A stretch of DNA of 64,000 nt from an uncultured Verrucomicrobiae bacterium (GTDB lineage Bacteria > Verrucomicrobiota > Verrucomicrobiia > Chthoniobacterales > Terrimicrobiaceae). Below, piece after piece: positions 42,248 through 52,262 of this stretch. Where the stretch lies: positions 32,001 to 96,000 of the forward strand of contig CAVPOC010000001.1 in assembly GCA_963706955.1 (NCBI GenBank). Direction: 5' to 3'. Under the pieces are notes generated by a model. The model worked only from the letters and a program-made list of their open reading frames with translations, was not told the origin of the DNA and did not search any database. A program made the translations under genes and the position numbers. Positions within the stretch are counted from its first letter, which is position 1. The number at the start of each line of letters is the position of its first letter.

Positions 42248-43031
42248 CTACTGGTCGACCGATTGGTAGATAACGTTGTCCCCGGGCGAAATCGTCGTGC
42301 CTTGTGGCACGCTATTGCCGACGATGTCTGCGATGGACGTAGAGGGCTCTACGGAGGTCACACGAACCTTGCCGATGTATTGCGAGCCGCGTTTGACGAG
42401 AAGCTCAGCGTTATTCACAACCCCGTTCTTGTCGCCCAGGCTGAGGACGACGAAGTTCCACGCAGGATTGACGGCCAGCACTCTCCCGGATAGTCCGTTC
42501 CGCATCTTCTGCTGCAGTGCGGTCGTCCTTCTCCTTTTGCAATGTGGCCAATTGGAAGCGAGCCGAGTCGAGATCACCTTGCAATTTGGAAATTAAGGTT
42601 TGCTGTTCGGCAACCTGGGCCTGTTGGTCACCTCCCCCTTCGGTCGGGCTGGCAGAACCGGGCGTGCTCTTCTGTTCAAGCTCTTGAGTTTTCGCCTGCA
42701 GATCCGCGGTCAGTTGACTGATCTGCGCTTCCAAGGAAGTTCTGTCGTTGGTCAGTTGCGCCACCTGCGATTTGCTCTTTTCCAGATCGGTCTGCACTCC
42801 CGAGAGCCGCGACGTGAGCTGATCCTTTTCGGTAACCGTGGTCGACAGATTCTGGGCTGCTGTTTTGAGATCGCCCTGCGCCTTGGCCAATTGCGTCTTC
42901 GTCTGACTGACGGTAGTCTCCGCGTCCGCAGCCCGCTTCTTCACCTCAGCGAACTTCACCTGATTCAAATACCCCAAACCAGCGGATACAGCGGTCAGGA
43001 GTATCGCAAGGATAACCAGAAATTTTCCCAT
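42248..43031 (-). CDS. Membrane-anchored coiled-coil protein with C-terminal beta domain, frameshift near 42530
   Basis: N-terminal TM, long heptad region, then GLSGRVLAVNPAWNFVVLSLGDKNGV...IGKVRVTSVEP...PGD. Confidence 0.8.
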
Positions 43032-43103
43032 AGTTGCAGGAGGCGATCGATTCGGAGAAAACGCAAGCGGATCGGTAACAGATCCCTTTAGGTACCGCAA
43101 GAG

Positions 43104-43127
43104 GCAAAATCACACAAATGATTTTGC
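43104..43127. promoter_or_regulatory. Perfect inverted repeat GCAAAATCA-N6-TGATTTTGC, candidate operator
   Basis: 9-6-9 palindrome in the divergent intergenic region upstream of the Fur-family gene. Confidence 0.45.
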
Positions 43128-43297
43128 AATTGCCAGACCATCCTAGCTGGTTAGCTTTGACATTGCCAGGGACTATGGATTGCAGACGGAAGAACCCCGC
43201 CAGGGCAGGAATGCAGCAACGGTATTTCGCTTTGCTTTGCTGTAGTTCTCTGGCGCTTTCTTGACTCCTCCATGGGGACAAGTACTCTTCAAGTGAG

Positions 43298-43780
43298 ATG
43301 GACGCAACTGTGTTAGAGCGCGTGCGCGAGAGCCTGCAGGAGTTTCTCACCAGCAAGGGCATGCGCCGAACGATCCAGCGCGAGGCGATCATCGATGCAG
43401 CCTTCGGAACAAAGGAGCATTTCACTGCTGAGGAGCTGCTCTCCATGGCCAGACGCATCGAGAAGTCCGTTTCGCGCGCCACGGTTTATCGGACCTTGCC
43501 GCTGCTGGTGAAAAGCGGCTTGCTCCATGAACTAGACCTCGGGTCAGACACCAAGATTTACGATCCAAATTTCGTCGAGCATCCCACCCACAACCACCTG
43601 ATATGCGTGGATTGCAACCGAATCATCGAGTTCGAAGATACCAACATCGAGCTTCTCGAAAATTGTATCTCGCGACGGCTCGGGTTTTCTCCTTCAAGCA
43701 AAGCGGTGACCATTGAGGGTCACTGTGACGAATTGAAACTGAAGGGAACTTGTCGCAACCGTCGACGCCCGACTTCGTAA
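43298..43780 (+). CDS. Fur-family transcriptional repressor
   Basis: HFTAEEL, VSRATVYRTL, HNHLICVDC..IIEF, GHCDE. Confidence 0.94.
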   Translation: MDATVLERVRESLQEFLTSKGMRRTIQREAIIDAAFGTKEHFTAEELLSMARRIEKSVSRATVYRTLPLLVKSGLLHELDLGSDTKIYDPNFVEHPTHNHLICVDCNRIIEFEDTNIELLENCISRRLGFSPSSKAVTIEGHCDELKLKGTCRNRRRPTS

Positions 43781-43785
43781 GCGTC

Positions 43786-45153
43786 ATGTGGCAGGGACGC
43801 TTCCGGCAGGCGCCCTCCAGCCTGCTCAAATCATACAGCGAATCAGTATCCTTCGACTGGCGGCTCTATCGCCAAGACATTCGCGGCAGCATCGCTCACG
43901 CTCGGGCCTTGCAGAGAGCAGGAATTCTCTCCGCGGAGGAGTTCGGGCAGATCGAGGGCACCTTGCGCGTAATCAAGGAAGAGATCGACGACGGCCACTT
44001 TGTTTTTGATCCGGAGCTCGAGGACGTGCACATGAATATCGAAGCGGAGTTGACCCGGCGGATTGGAGCGACCGGGGCCAAGTTGCACACGGCGCGTAGC
44101 CGCAACGATCAGGTCGCGCTCGACCTTCGGCTCTACTTGCGCGACGAAACCGAGGTCTTGCAGGGAGCGATCGTTTCCTTTCAAAGAGCCTTGGTCGATT
44201 TGGCCCAGAGACATGTCAATGCCCATGCGCCAGGTTACACACACCTTCAACGGGCCCAGCCCATTTTCATTGCTCATCATTTACTTGCCTACGTAGAAAT
44301 GGCTGCACGTGACTCAAACCGATTGAGCGATTGCGCAGCGCGCCTGGATGAAATGCCCTTGGGAGCCGGCGCGCTTGCCGGTTCAACGATCGTGTTGGAT
44401 CGCGAGGCAGTGGCGCGCGAGCTGGGATTTTCGGCGGTCGCACAAAATAGCATCGATGCAGTCTCCGATCGGGATTTCGCCTGCGAGCTGCTCGCCGCAC
44501 TGGCGATCTTGGGCATGCATCTCTCCCGACTCAGTGAAGACGTGGTTCTTTGGAGTTCGGCGGAGTTCGGCTATCTCGAGCTGAGCGACCGACACACCAC
44601 CGGCTCAAGTTTAATGCCGCAAAAGAAAAACCCTGATGTGGCTGAGCTCACGCGCGGCAAGACCGGGCGACTCTATGGCAACCTGATCTCCCTCCTCACT
44701 ACGATGAAGGGTTTGCCGCTCGCCTACAACCGCGATATGCAGGAAGATAAGGAAGCGATCTTCGACTCTGTGGACACCGCCAAGGCCGCCTTGCAGATCT
44801 TCGCCGAGATGATGGAGGGCGCCAGCTTTCGAGAGGATGTGATGGCACGAGCGGCTGCCGATCCGAATCTGCTCGCCACCGATCTCGCCGACCGCTTGGT
44901 GCTTGCGGGCATCCCTTTTCGACAGGCGCACGAGATTGTCGGCAAACTAGTGTCGCTGGCCGCGCAGAGAAACGTCTCCCTGGCCGAGCTTGATCCCGAT
45001 GTGTTCATGGATGCTGCGCCAGTGCTCACGCCGCAGGTGGTGCGGGAAGTCTTTCGCGTGGATAACGCTTTGGCGGCACGCCGGGCACCGGGCGCTCCCT
45101 CGAGCGAAAATGTTGCTCAAAGGATGGCTTATTGGAAACGTGTGCTGGCATGA
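43786..45153 (+). CDS. argH: Argininosuccinate lyase
   Basis: MWQGRF, EDVHMNIE, HTARSRNDQV, PGYTHLQRAQP, GSSLMPQKKNPD. Confidence 0.98.
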   Translation: MWQGRFRQAPSSLLKSYSESVSFDWRLYRQDIRGSIAHARALQRAGILSAEEFGQIEGTLRVIKEEIDDGHFVFDPELEDVHMNIEAELTRRIGATGAKLHTARSRNDQVALDLRLYLRDETEVLQGAIVSFQRALVDLAQRHVNAHAPGYTHLQRAQPIFIAHHLLAYVEMAARDSNRLSDCAARLDEMPLGAGALAGSTIVLDREAVARELGFSAVAQNSIDAVSDRDFACELLAALAILGMHLSRLSEDVVLWSSAEFGYLELSDRHTTGSSLMPQKKNPDVAELTRGKTGRLYGNLISLLTTMKGLPLAYNRDMQEDKEAIFDSVDTAKAALQIFAEMMEGASFREDVMARAAADPNLLATDLADRLVLAGIPFRQAHEIVGKLVSLAAQRNVSLAELDPDVFMDAAPVLTPQVVREVFRVDNALAARRAPGAPSSENVAQRMAYWKRVLA

Positions 45154-45719
45154 GCTCTGATCAACAGTGGCGCATTCTTCGCAGTGAGAGCCTGTGCGAC
45201 ACTCCCTATTTGCGCGTCAATCGTCAGCACGTGGCCACGCCGTCACGCCCGGAGGGGGTCACGTGGATGGTGGCCAGGCGCCACACGGCCGCGGTGGTAG
45301 CCCCGCAGACGATTGACGGAAAGTTTATCCTGATTCGCCAGGAGCGAATCGCGGTGCAGAGAGTTCTTTGGGAGTTTCCGGCCGGCCAGGTGGATGGTGA
45401 AGTCAATGCAGCGTCCATATATCAGACGGCCTTGCGTGAACTCGGGGAAGAGGCTGGTGTTTCCTGTTCGAGCGAGCTGATTCCCTTGGGCTATTTTTTC
45501 TCCTCGGTCGGATTTACGGACGAATGTTGCCACCTCTTCCTGGCTCGGGATGTCATTCCCCGCGCCGAAGGCTTCGATCATGACGAACATGAAGCGATCG
45601 TCGAGGTGCACGCGTTTTCCGAGAGCGAACTGACTGAATTGATCGGTTCTGGCGAAATTGTCGATTCGAATACTCTGGCCACCTATGCCAGATTGAAAGC
45701 GCGGAGATTGATTGAATGA
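45150..45719 (+). CDS. NUDIX hydrolase (ADP-ribose pyrophosphatase-like)
   Basis: EFPAGQVD...ALRELGEEAG Nudix box. ATGA overlaps with argH and tatC. Confidence 0.9.
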   Translation: MSSDQQWRILRSESLCDTPYLRVNRQHVATPSRPEGVTWMVARRHTAAVVAPQTIDGKFILIRQERIAVQRVLWEFPAGQVDGEVNAASIYQTALRELGEEAGVSCSSELIPLGYFFSSVGFTDECCHLFLARDVIPRAEGFDHDEHEAIVEVHAFSESELTELIGSGEIVDSNTLATYARLKARRLIE

Positions 45720-46510
45720 ATTGGCGCCGCTTTTTTGACTTTCGGGAGCTGAGAGACGAACCGAAGCCTTTTCTCGAGCACATCGAGGATCTTCGGCGGA
45801 TGCTCATCAAAATGCTTGTTGTCCTCGCTTTGATGATGGCGGTGGCGTTTGCATTTCAAAAGAGGATCGTCGAGCTGATTGAGCGGCCCTTGCTGGCGTT
45901 CGATCCGGAACGCACCAGCCTGACCAACTTTGGCGTCGCGGATCCGTTGACCATTGCGATTGAGCTCTCTTTTTATGCCGGGTTGGTCCTGGCCTTCCCA
46001 TTTCTGGTGCTTTTTCTGGCCGAGTTTATCCTGCCGGCGCTCACGCCAAAGGAGAGGCGCCTGCTTTATCCGGCAGCGGTCGTCTCGTTCGGCTTGTTCC
46101 TGGTCGGCGTGTTCTTCGCCTACTATTGCGTGCTGCCCCCAACGCTCGACTATTTCTTCAACTACTCAAAGGCGCTCAATTGGAAGCCACTCTGGAGTGT
46201 GCGCGAGTATTTTTCCTTCACGACTCAGTTTGTCGTCTCGTTTGGTCTCGCGTTCGAGCTTCCGCTGGCTGTCTTGCTGCTGGTGAAGCTGGAAATATTG
46301 AGCTACGAAGTGTTGCAGAAGACGCGCGCGTTTGCGGTCATCATTATCCTTTTCCTGGCGGCAATTATCACGCCGACAACGGATATGTTGACGTTAATCC
46401 TGATGGCAGGGCCGATGTATCTGCTCTATGAGGGATGCATCCTGATCGCCTGGCTGATGGAAAGGAAAGTTCGGCGTCAATCTCTCGCGGCGAATTCGAC
46501 ACGCGGATGA
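45716..46510 (+). CDS. tatC: Twin-arginine translocase subunit TatC
   Basis: PFLEHIEDLR, FILPAL, GLAFELP, AAIITP..D, LLYE. Confidence 0.96.
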   Translation: MNWRRFFDFRELRDEPKPFLEHIEDLRRMLIKMLVVLALMMAVAFAFQKRIVELIERPLLAFDPERTSLTNFGVADPLTIAIELSFYAGLVLAFPFLVLFLAEFILPALTPKERRLLYPAAVVSFGLFLVGVFFAYYCVLPPTLDYFFNYSKALNWKPLWSVREYFSFTTQFVVSFGLAFELPLAVLLLVKLEILSYEVLQKTRAFAVIIILFLAAIITPTTDMLTLILMAGPMYLLYEGCILIAWLMERKVRRQSLAANSTRG

Positions 46511-48312
46511 ACCTGGAGGTGGGCGGCAATCTCCGCCGCAAAAGCGTTGCCAAATTCCTGAAGTTTGCGTTGCCCGACTCCAAAGATTCCCCCGAGAGCC
46601 TCTCTTGTTGCCGGGTATCGGCGCGCCATCTCGCGTAAGGTTGCATCGCCAAAGATGACGTAGGCAGGGACGCCACGCTCGTCGGCCAACCGTTTGCGGA
46701 CCGCGCGCAGTCGACCAAAGAGGGCTTCGTCGCATTCGATCTCTCCGGCGCGTCGCGGTGGGGGCTTTGTTTTGGGTCGCGCCATCGGGCGTGCCAGCAT
46801 GATGATCGTGCGTGAGCGCAAGGCACTCAGGCCAGAGGGTGTAATCTCCACGACGGGGAACTCGCTGTCTGACTGCAGGAGATAACCTTGGCGGAGAAGT
46901 TCCCGACCGACCGCCGCCCATTCTTTGCGGTCAACATCTGCACCGATCCCGTAGGTGGTCAATGTATGGTGATTCCAGCGACGAACTTTCTCGGTGCTGG
47001 CACCGGTCAAAACATCGATGACGTGGTTCATTCCCGTGCTCAGTTGGCTCGCTTCCCGAATACGAAAGACGCAGGAGAGCAACTTTTGGGAGACAGTTGT
47101 CCCGTCGTAGCTGGCGCGTGGTGCGAGGCAATTGTCGCATGCATCGCACTGCGTGGCGGATTGCTCTCCGAAGTAGGCAAGGAGTGCGTGCCTCCGGCAG
47201 GCGGATGATTCCGAGTAAGAGATCATCTCGCGCAGTTGTCGCCGAGCGACCCGCTGTTCCTGCGGCGTGGACATTCCATTGATGAAATGAGCCTGCTTGG
47301 CTGCATCTCCCGCGCTGAACAGCAGCAGGCAATCTGCCGGCAGACCATCGCGTCCGGCTCGGCCTGTTTCCTGATAGTAGGCTTCAAGATTTTTTGGAAG
47401 ATCGTGATGGATCACCCACCGCACGTTCGGTTTGTTGATCCCCATCCCGAAAGCGATGGTCGCACAGATGATGTGGACTTCGTCGCGCAGGAAGAGTTCC
47501 TGCGTCGCGGTCCGGACATCGATCGGCAAGCCTGCGTGATAAGGCCGCGTGGCCAGTCCGCGAGCTGCCAGCGACGCAGCCAAACGTTCGGTGGTCGCGC
47601 GTGTCGCGCAATAGACGATGCCGCTCTCCTGTTTGCGCTTGCCCGCGAAATCAAGAATTTGCCGAAGCGGCTGATCCTTCGGAATCACCTGGTAGGCGAG
47701 ATTCGGACGATTGAAGCTCGCGATGAAAACGGCTGGATCAGTTAGGTTCAGATGGCTACTGATGTCTGTTCTCACCCCAGGGGTCGCGGTGGCGGTTAAC
47801 GCCAGAATTGGGACTTCGGGTAGCAACGCTCGGAGTTCACCGAGTTGACGGTATTCCGGCCGGAAGTCGTGCCCCCACTCGGAAATGCAATGCGCTTCAT
47901 CGATGACCAGGGCTCTGACGTTCCAGGCGCGAAGGTTATCCTTCCAATCATCAAGCAATAACCGTTCCGGTGCAGCGTAAAGCAGACAGTATTCCCGTTG
48001 GTGTAAGCGGCGAAGCCGTGCCCGGGCCTCGCCAACCTCGAGGGTGGAGTTGAGAAAGGTTGCCGCGACGCCGGCCGTCTGCAGTTGGTCGACCTGGTCT
48101 TTCATCAGGGCAATCAGCGGGGACACCACCACGGTGAGACCATTGCGAATTAATGCCGGGAGCTGAAAACATAGCGATTTTCCCCCTCCCGTCGGCAGCA
48201 AGGCTAACACGTCCCGACCTTCGAGGGTTGCTTCGATGATCTGCCGCTGCAAAGGCCGAAACTCGCGGTAACCAAATGTCCGATTCAGCGTGTCGAGCAG
48301 AAGGTCAGGCAT
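46477..48312 (-). CDS. recQ: ATP-dependent DNA helicase RecQ
   Basis: PTGGGKSLCFQ, DEAHCISEWGHDFRPEY, QETGRAGRDG, RQC Zn cysteines and an HRDC domain. Confidence 0.98.
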   Translation of the reverse strand: MPDLLLDTLNRTFGYREFRPLQRQIIEATLEGRDVLALLPTGGGKSLCFQLPALIRNGLTVVVSPLIALMKDQVDQLQTAGVAATFLNSTLEVGEARARLRRLHQREYCLLYAAPERLLLDDWKDNLRAWNVRALVIDEAHCISEWGHDFRPEYRQLGELRALLPEVPILALTATATPGVRTDISSHLNLTDPAVFIASFNRPNLAYQVIPKDQPLRQILDFAGKRKQESGIVYCATRATTERLAASLAARGLATRPYHAGLPIDVRTATQELFLRDEVHIICATIAFGMGINKPNVRWVIHHDLPKNLEAYYQETGRAGRDGLPADCLLLFSAGDAAKQAHFINGMSTPQEQRVARRQLREMISYSESSACRRHALLAYFGEQSATQCDACDNCLAPRASYDGTTVSQKLLSCVFRIREASQLSTGMNHVIDVLTGASTEKVRRWNHHTLTTYGIGADVDRKEWAAVGRELLRQGYLLQSDSEFPVVEITPSGLSALRSRTIIMLARPMARPKTKPPPRRAGEIECDEALFGRLRAVRKRLADERGVPAYVIFGDATLREMARRYPATREALGGIFGVGQRKLQEFGNAFAAEIAAHLQVHPRVEFAARD

Positions 48313-48387
48313 GAAAATCTCGACTATAGCGCCTCGGCCTTGGTTGAGGAATGAAGAAGCGATTCGCGGGGGCCGCGCTCTCCAGCG

Positions 48388-48424
48388 AAAAAGGCCCCGG
48401 CGCTAACAGCGACCGGGGCCTTTT
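48388..48424 (-). terminator. Intrinsic terminator (potentially bidirectional) after the rpsA-glutaredoxin unit
   Basis: AAAAAGGCCCCGG-N12-CCGGGGCCTTTT. Confidence 0.85.
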
Positions 48425-48448
48425 CCGCGGGAGGGAAATTCCTGCCGA

Positions 48449-48784
48449 TTACAGCTTCATTTTGACCATCGCCTCATGTTCCTCGTCGCTACAAGGCGCG
48501 TTCAAAGGAATGTCTGTGGACTTCTCGGTTGAACCAACCAGCCCATTCTCAAGGAGATATCCTTCTAGCTCTTCGCCGCTAATGTCGGCGAGCATTGTGC
48601 CGTTGACGACTACACAAGGTGAGAGCGGTTGGCCGCTCAGTTGTTCCATCTCAAAGCGGAATTCCGGGTTCTTGATGATGTCCTTTTCCTGATAGGGAGT
48701 GTTATACTTCGCAAGGACGGCGCGGACGCCTCTGCTCCATCCACAGTGGGTCTTCAAGTAAGCCGTGATTTCAATGTTAGCCAT
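48449..48784 (-). CDS. Glutaredoxin-family protein (CGWS)
   Basis: YLKTHCGWSRGV and SGQPLSPCVVVNG, a thioredoxin-fold pattern. Confidence 0.85.
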   Translation of the reverse strand: MANIEITAYLKTHCGWSRGVRAVLAKYNTPYQEKDIIKNPEFRFEMEQLSGQPLSPCVVVNGTMLADISGEELEGYLLENGLVGSTEKSTDIPLNAPCSDEEHEAMVKMKL

Positions 48785-48822
48785 GGTTGTAGAATCTACC
48801 TGAACTTCGCCGAAGACGCTCG

Positions 48823-50517
48823 TTATTTCTTTCTCTTGGAGTCGCCGGGACGGTATTCCTCCTCGGCCACTTCGAAGGCTTGGGCCAATCCGACCATGTC
48901 CTCCCCGGGCCTCAAGGTGTCAAGGGTCTCGGCCTCACGGCGGAGAGCGTCCTGGTCATAATTTGCCGCCTTGATAGAGAGACCGATGCGGCGTTCGGCC
49001 TTGTCTACCTTGATCACACGCGCCTCGACCTCCTGACCGACTTTAAGAGCGTCTTTGACCTTCTCGACGCGATCTTCGCTGATTTGGGAAATGTGGACCA
49101 AGCCATCGATGTCGTCCTGAAGTTGGACAAACGCCCCGAAATTCGTGATTTTGGTGACCGTTCCCTTGACCAGGTCGCCGATCTTGAAGCGCGTATCGAT
49201 TTCCTTCCACGGATCGTCCTCGAGTTGCTTGGTTCCCAGACTGATCCGCTGGTTAACCTTGTCGATATCGATGACCACTGCCTCGATTTCGTCGCCCTTT
49301 TTCAGCACTTCGCTCGGATGATTGATCTTGCGGGTCCATGAAAGATCCGAGACGTGGATCATGCCATCGATGCCTTCTTCCAATTCCACGAAGGCACCGT
49401 AAGCCGTCATGTTGCGGACCGTGCCCTTGACCTGCTTCCCGATCATGTAGCGGACTTCGATTTCGTCCCACGGATTCGGCTCGAGCTGACGGACCCCCAG
49501 CGAGATTTTTTGCTCGTCCTTATTTACTCCGAGGACCACTGCCTCGATCTCCTGTCCCAGCGTAAGAACATCGGAAGGGCGCGCGACGCGCTTGGTCCAG
49601 GACAGCTCCGAGACGTGAATGAGGCCCTCGACGCCTTCCTCGATTTGAACGAATGCCCCGTAAGGCATTAGGCTGATAACTTTGCCTTTGACTCTCTGAC
49701 CGACAGGGAAGCGCTCTTCAATCCGATCCCACGGATTGGACTGCATTTGTTTCATTCCCAAGGAGACGCGCTCCTTGTCTCGGTTGATATCGAGGACTTG
49801 GACTTCAACGTGCTGGCCGACCTTCAGCATTTCCCCCGGATGGGTCAGCCGCGCCCACGACATGTCGGTGACATGCAGGAGACCGTCGATGCCGTCCAGA
49901 TCGATGAAGGCCCCGAAATCAGTGATATTCTTGACCGTTCCATTGACTCGATCGCCGATGTTGACGCTGCTCAGAAATCTCTGCCGCTTTTCCGCGCGCT
50001 CCTGCTCGATGATTTCTCGCCGACTCAGGACGACGTTTTTGCGCTCTTCGTTGATCTTGACGATCTTAAAATCGTAGGTGTTGCCGACAAACCCCTGTAA
50101 ATCTTTGGGAGGAACGATGTCGATTTGAGACGCGGGAAGAAAGGCCTCTACGCCTACATTAACGGTCAGCCCACCTTTGACGACGGCTTTTACTTTTCCC
50201 TTGATCAGGCCCTCGCCCTTGAAGACAGAAACGATCTTTTCCCAGTTCTGGCGGGCCGCGGCCTTCTCCTTGGACAAAACCACCATGCCCTCGTCATTTT
50301 CCAGCCGTTCGAGAAGCACCTCGATCTCGTCGCCAACTTCCACGTCTGAGGGGTCTTCGAATTCGCTCGCCGGGATCACCCCTTCACTCTTGTAACCGAT
50401 ATCCACCAGAAATTCTCGAGGGCGGACTTCGAGGATATGTCCCTTGACGATGCTACCCTCGCGGTAGTTCTTGACCGACTTGGCGATCAGTTCCTGCAGT
50501 TCTGCCATAATGGCCAT
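48823..50517 (-). CDS. rpsA: 30S ribosomal protein S1
   Basis: Six S1 repeats (FGAFIDL.GIDGLLHVTDMSW and similar). Confidence 0.99.
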   Translation of the reverse strand: MAIMAELQELIAKSVKNYREGSIVKGHILEVRPREFLVDIGYKSEGVIPASEFEDPSDVEVGDEIEVLLERLENDEGMVVLSKEKAAARQNWEKIVSVFKGEGLIKGKVKAVVKGGLTVNVGVEAFLPASQIDIVPPKDLQGFVGNTYDFKIVKINEERKNVVLSRREIIEQERAEKRQRFLSSVNIGDRVNGTVKNITDFGAFIDLDGIDGLLHVTDMSWARLTHPGEMLKVGQHVEVQVLDINRDKERVSLGMKQMQSNPWDRIEERFPVGQRVKGKVISLMPYGAFVQIEEGVEGLIHVSELSWTKRVARPSDVLTLGQEIEAVVLGVNKDEQKISLGVRQLEPNPWDEIEVRYMIGKQVKGTVRNMTAYGAFVELEEGIDGMIHVSDLSWTRKINHPSEVLKKGDEIEAVVIDIDKVNQRISLGTKQLEDDPWKEIDTRFKIGDLVKGTVTKITNFGAFVQLQDDIDGLVHISQISEDRVEKVKDALKVGQEVEARVIKVDKAERRIGLSIKAANYDQDALRREAETLDTLRPGEDMVGLAQAFEVAEEEYRPGDSKRKK

Positions 50518-50655
50518 CTTATTGTTATTGTGTTTATTAAATCGGCCCGAACGCCTTTTTCACAAGAGTGAGGACGTCGGCCAGACAACGGCATCCGACC
50601 GCTAACGGGTTTGCAAGATTAAAGAGCCTGGGTCAGAAAGCAAATACAAAAAGCG

Positions 50656-51537
50656 CTATTGCCAGCGTTTGAGCGACTCCTCGTGCATGTGACGCTTGCG
50701 AAGCCATTTCGAGGTAATCCCGTATTTCGGTCCGAAGAGGTAAGCGCCGACAAAGAGAGTTCCAAGCACGAGAATAATGGCGGGGCCGGATGGAATGTTC
50801 GCCCAAAACGAGATGTGTAGCCCTGCGATTGCGCTTAAGGCGCCGATGACCCCACCTCCCCAAGACATTGCAGCGTAGGAATCACAGAGCAGATAGATAG
50901 TGGCTGCCGGGAGGACAAGAAGGCCAAGCGAAAGAAGCACGCCAATCGCCTGGAGCGATGAAACCATCGCCAACACAATGAGAATGACCAGCAAGGCAAG
51001 AAGAAGGCCGACTCGGATACCCTGGGTGCGGGCGACTGAGGCCTCGAAGAGCGCCAGCAGCAAGGGTCGCTGAAGCGCCACGAGAGAAAGCAACGTGACC
51101 ACGCTGATCAAATAGCTGGTCAGGAGGTCGGTGTCGGCAATACCGAGAACGTTTCCGAAGAGGAAGTGCTCGAGGCTAATTTTGACGCGAGCATACTTGA
51201 TGAGAGCGATGCCAAGGGCGAAGGCGAAGATGTAGAGCGCCGCCACGGCCGTCTCATCCTTGACGCGCGAGCTGCTGGCAATCACATGCCCGCCGAGTGC
51301 CACAAAAATCGCGGCAAAGAGTCCCCCCAGCAGCAGGCCGCCGGGGTTCAGGCCAATCATCATCGCGGCCAATGCGAGTCCTGGCAGCATCGAATGGGAG
51401 AGCGCGTCTGCCACGAGCGCAAGGCGTCGCAAGACGACGTATGCTCCGAGAAAGCCATTGGTAAAGCCGATCAGCACGCATGCCACCAGGGCCCTGCGCA
51501 TGAACTCGTATTCAAACGGCTCTACGATCCAGTTCAT
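50656..51537 (-). CDS. Mn/Zn ABC transporter permease
   Basis: DALSHSMLPG, HFLFGNVL, PSGPAII. Confidence 0.93.
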   Translation of the reverse strand: MNWIVEPFEYEFMRRALVACVLIGFTNGFLGAYVVLRRLALVADALSHSMLPGLALAAMMIGLNPGGLLLGGLFAAIFVALGGHVIASSSRVKDETAVAALYIFAFALGIALIKYARVKISLEHFLFGNVLGIADTDLLTSYLISVVTLLSLVALQRPLLLALFEASVARTQGIRVGLLLALLVILIVLAMVSSLQAIGVLLSLGLLVLPAATIYLLCDSYAAMSWGGGVIGALSAIAGLHISFWANIPSGPAIILVLGTLFVGAYLFGPKYGITSKWLRKRHMHEESLKRWQ

Positions 51538-52262
51538 CGCTTGCGTCCGGTGAAGATCCGAGTCGAAAAGGCTCGATCGATATTCTCGCTAGTGAGCGTC
51601 TGATCGGTGGGCCCGAACGCCACCAATTCGCCGTTGAGAATGAGCACGTGGTCGAAAAGCTCCCGCGCGTCGACAAGATTGTGGTGCGAGACGATGAGCA
51701 GTTTGCCGGAATCTCGCAATCGGTGAATGGCCGCCGCAAACGCCTGGGAAGCATTCTTGTCCAATCCCCCAAATGGCTCGTCCAGCAGATAGATTTCGGC
51801 CTGTTGCGCCCACGCGCGAGCGAGAAAGGCGCGCTGCTGCTGTCCGCCCGAAAGCGCCTTAAGTTGCCGATTGGCGAAAGCGGTTAGATCGGCGACCTGA
51901 AGAGCTTCACCAACGATGGCTTGGTCCTGCACGCCGAACGGCCTCCAGAGACCGAGCACCGAGTAGCGTCCCATCTCGGCCAGCCCGCGCACCGTGATCG
52001 GAAAATCCCAGTCTATGGCTTCGCGTTGGGGGACATAAGTAATCAGACGCGCATCGGCAGTCCGATGGCCGTTGAAACTGATCTGCCCGGTTTCGATGGG
52101 TAACAATCCTGCCAGCGCTTTCAGCAAGGTAGTCTTGCCGGCTCCGTTGGGTCCAAGCAATCCGATGCACGAGCCACTTGCCAGCTGAACGTCCAGGTGA
52201 TGGACAGCGGGAATTCGGTGATACGAGACCGTCAAATCTTCGATGAGCAGCCGGCCGGTCAC
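51534..52262 (-). CDS. Mn/Zn ABC transporter ATP-binding protein
   Basis: GPNGAGKTT, YVPQ...IDWDFPITV, LSGGQQQR, LLDEPF. GTG start overlaps the upstream stop (GTGA). Confidence 0.93.
   Translation of the reverse strand: MTGRLLIEDLTVSYHRIPAVHHLDVQLASGSCIGLLGPNGAGKTTLLKALAGLLPIETGQISFNGHRTADARLITYVPQREAIDWDFPITVRGLAEMGRYSVLGLWRPFGVQDQAIVGEALQVADLTAFANRQLKALSGGQQQRAFLARAWAQQAEIYLLDEPFGGLDKNASQAFAAAIHRLRDSGKLLIVSHHNLVDARELFDHVLILNGELVAFGPTDQTLTSENIDRAFSTRIFTGRKR

Noticed and set aside
46477..46510. Convergent 3' overlaps (tatC/recQ; also 26503-26536 and 19515-19528)
   Set aside because: Short tail-to-tail overlaps are common in compact GC-rich genomes.
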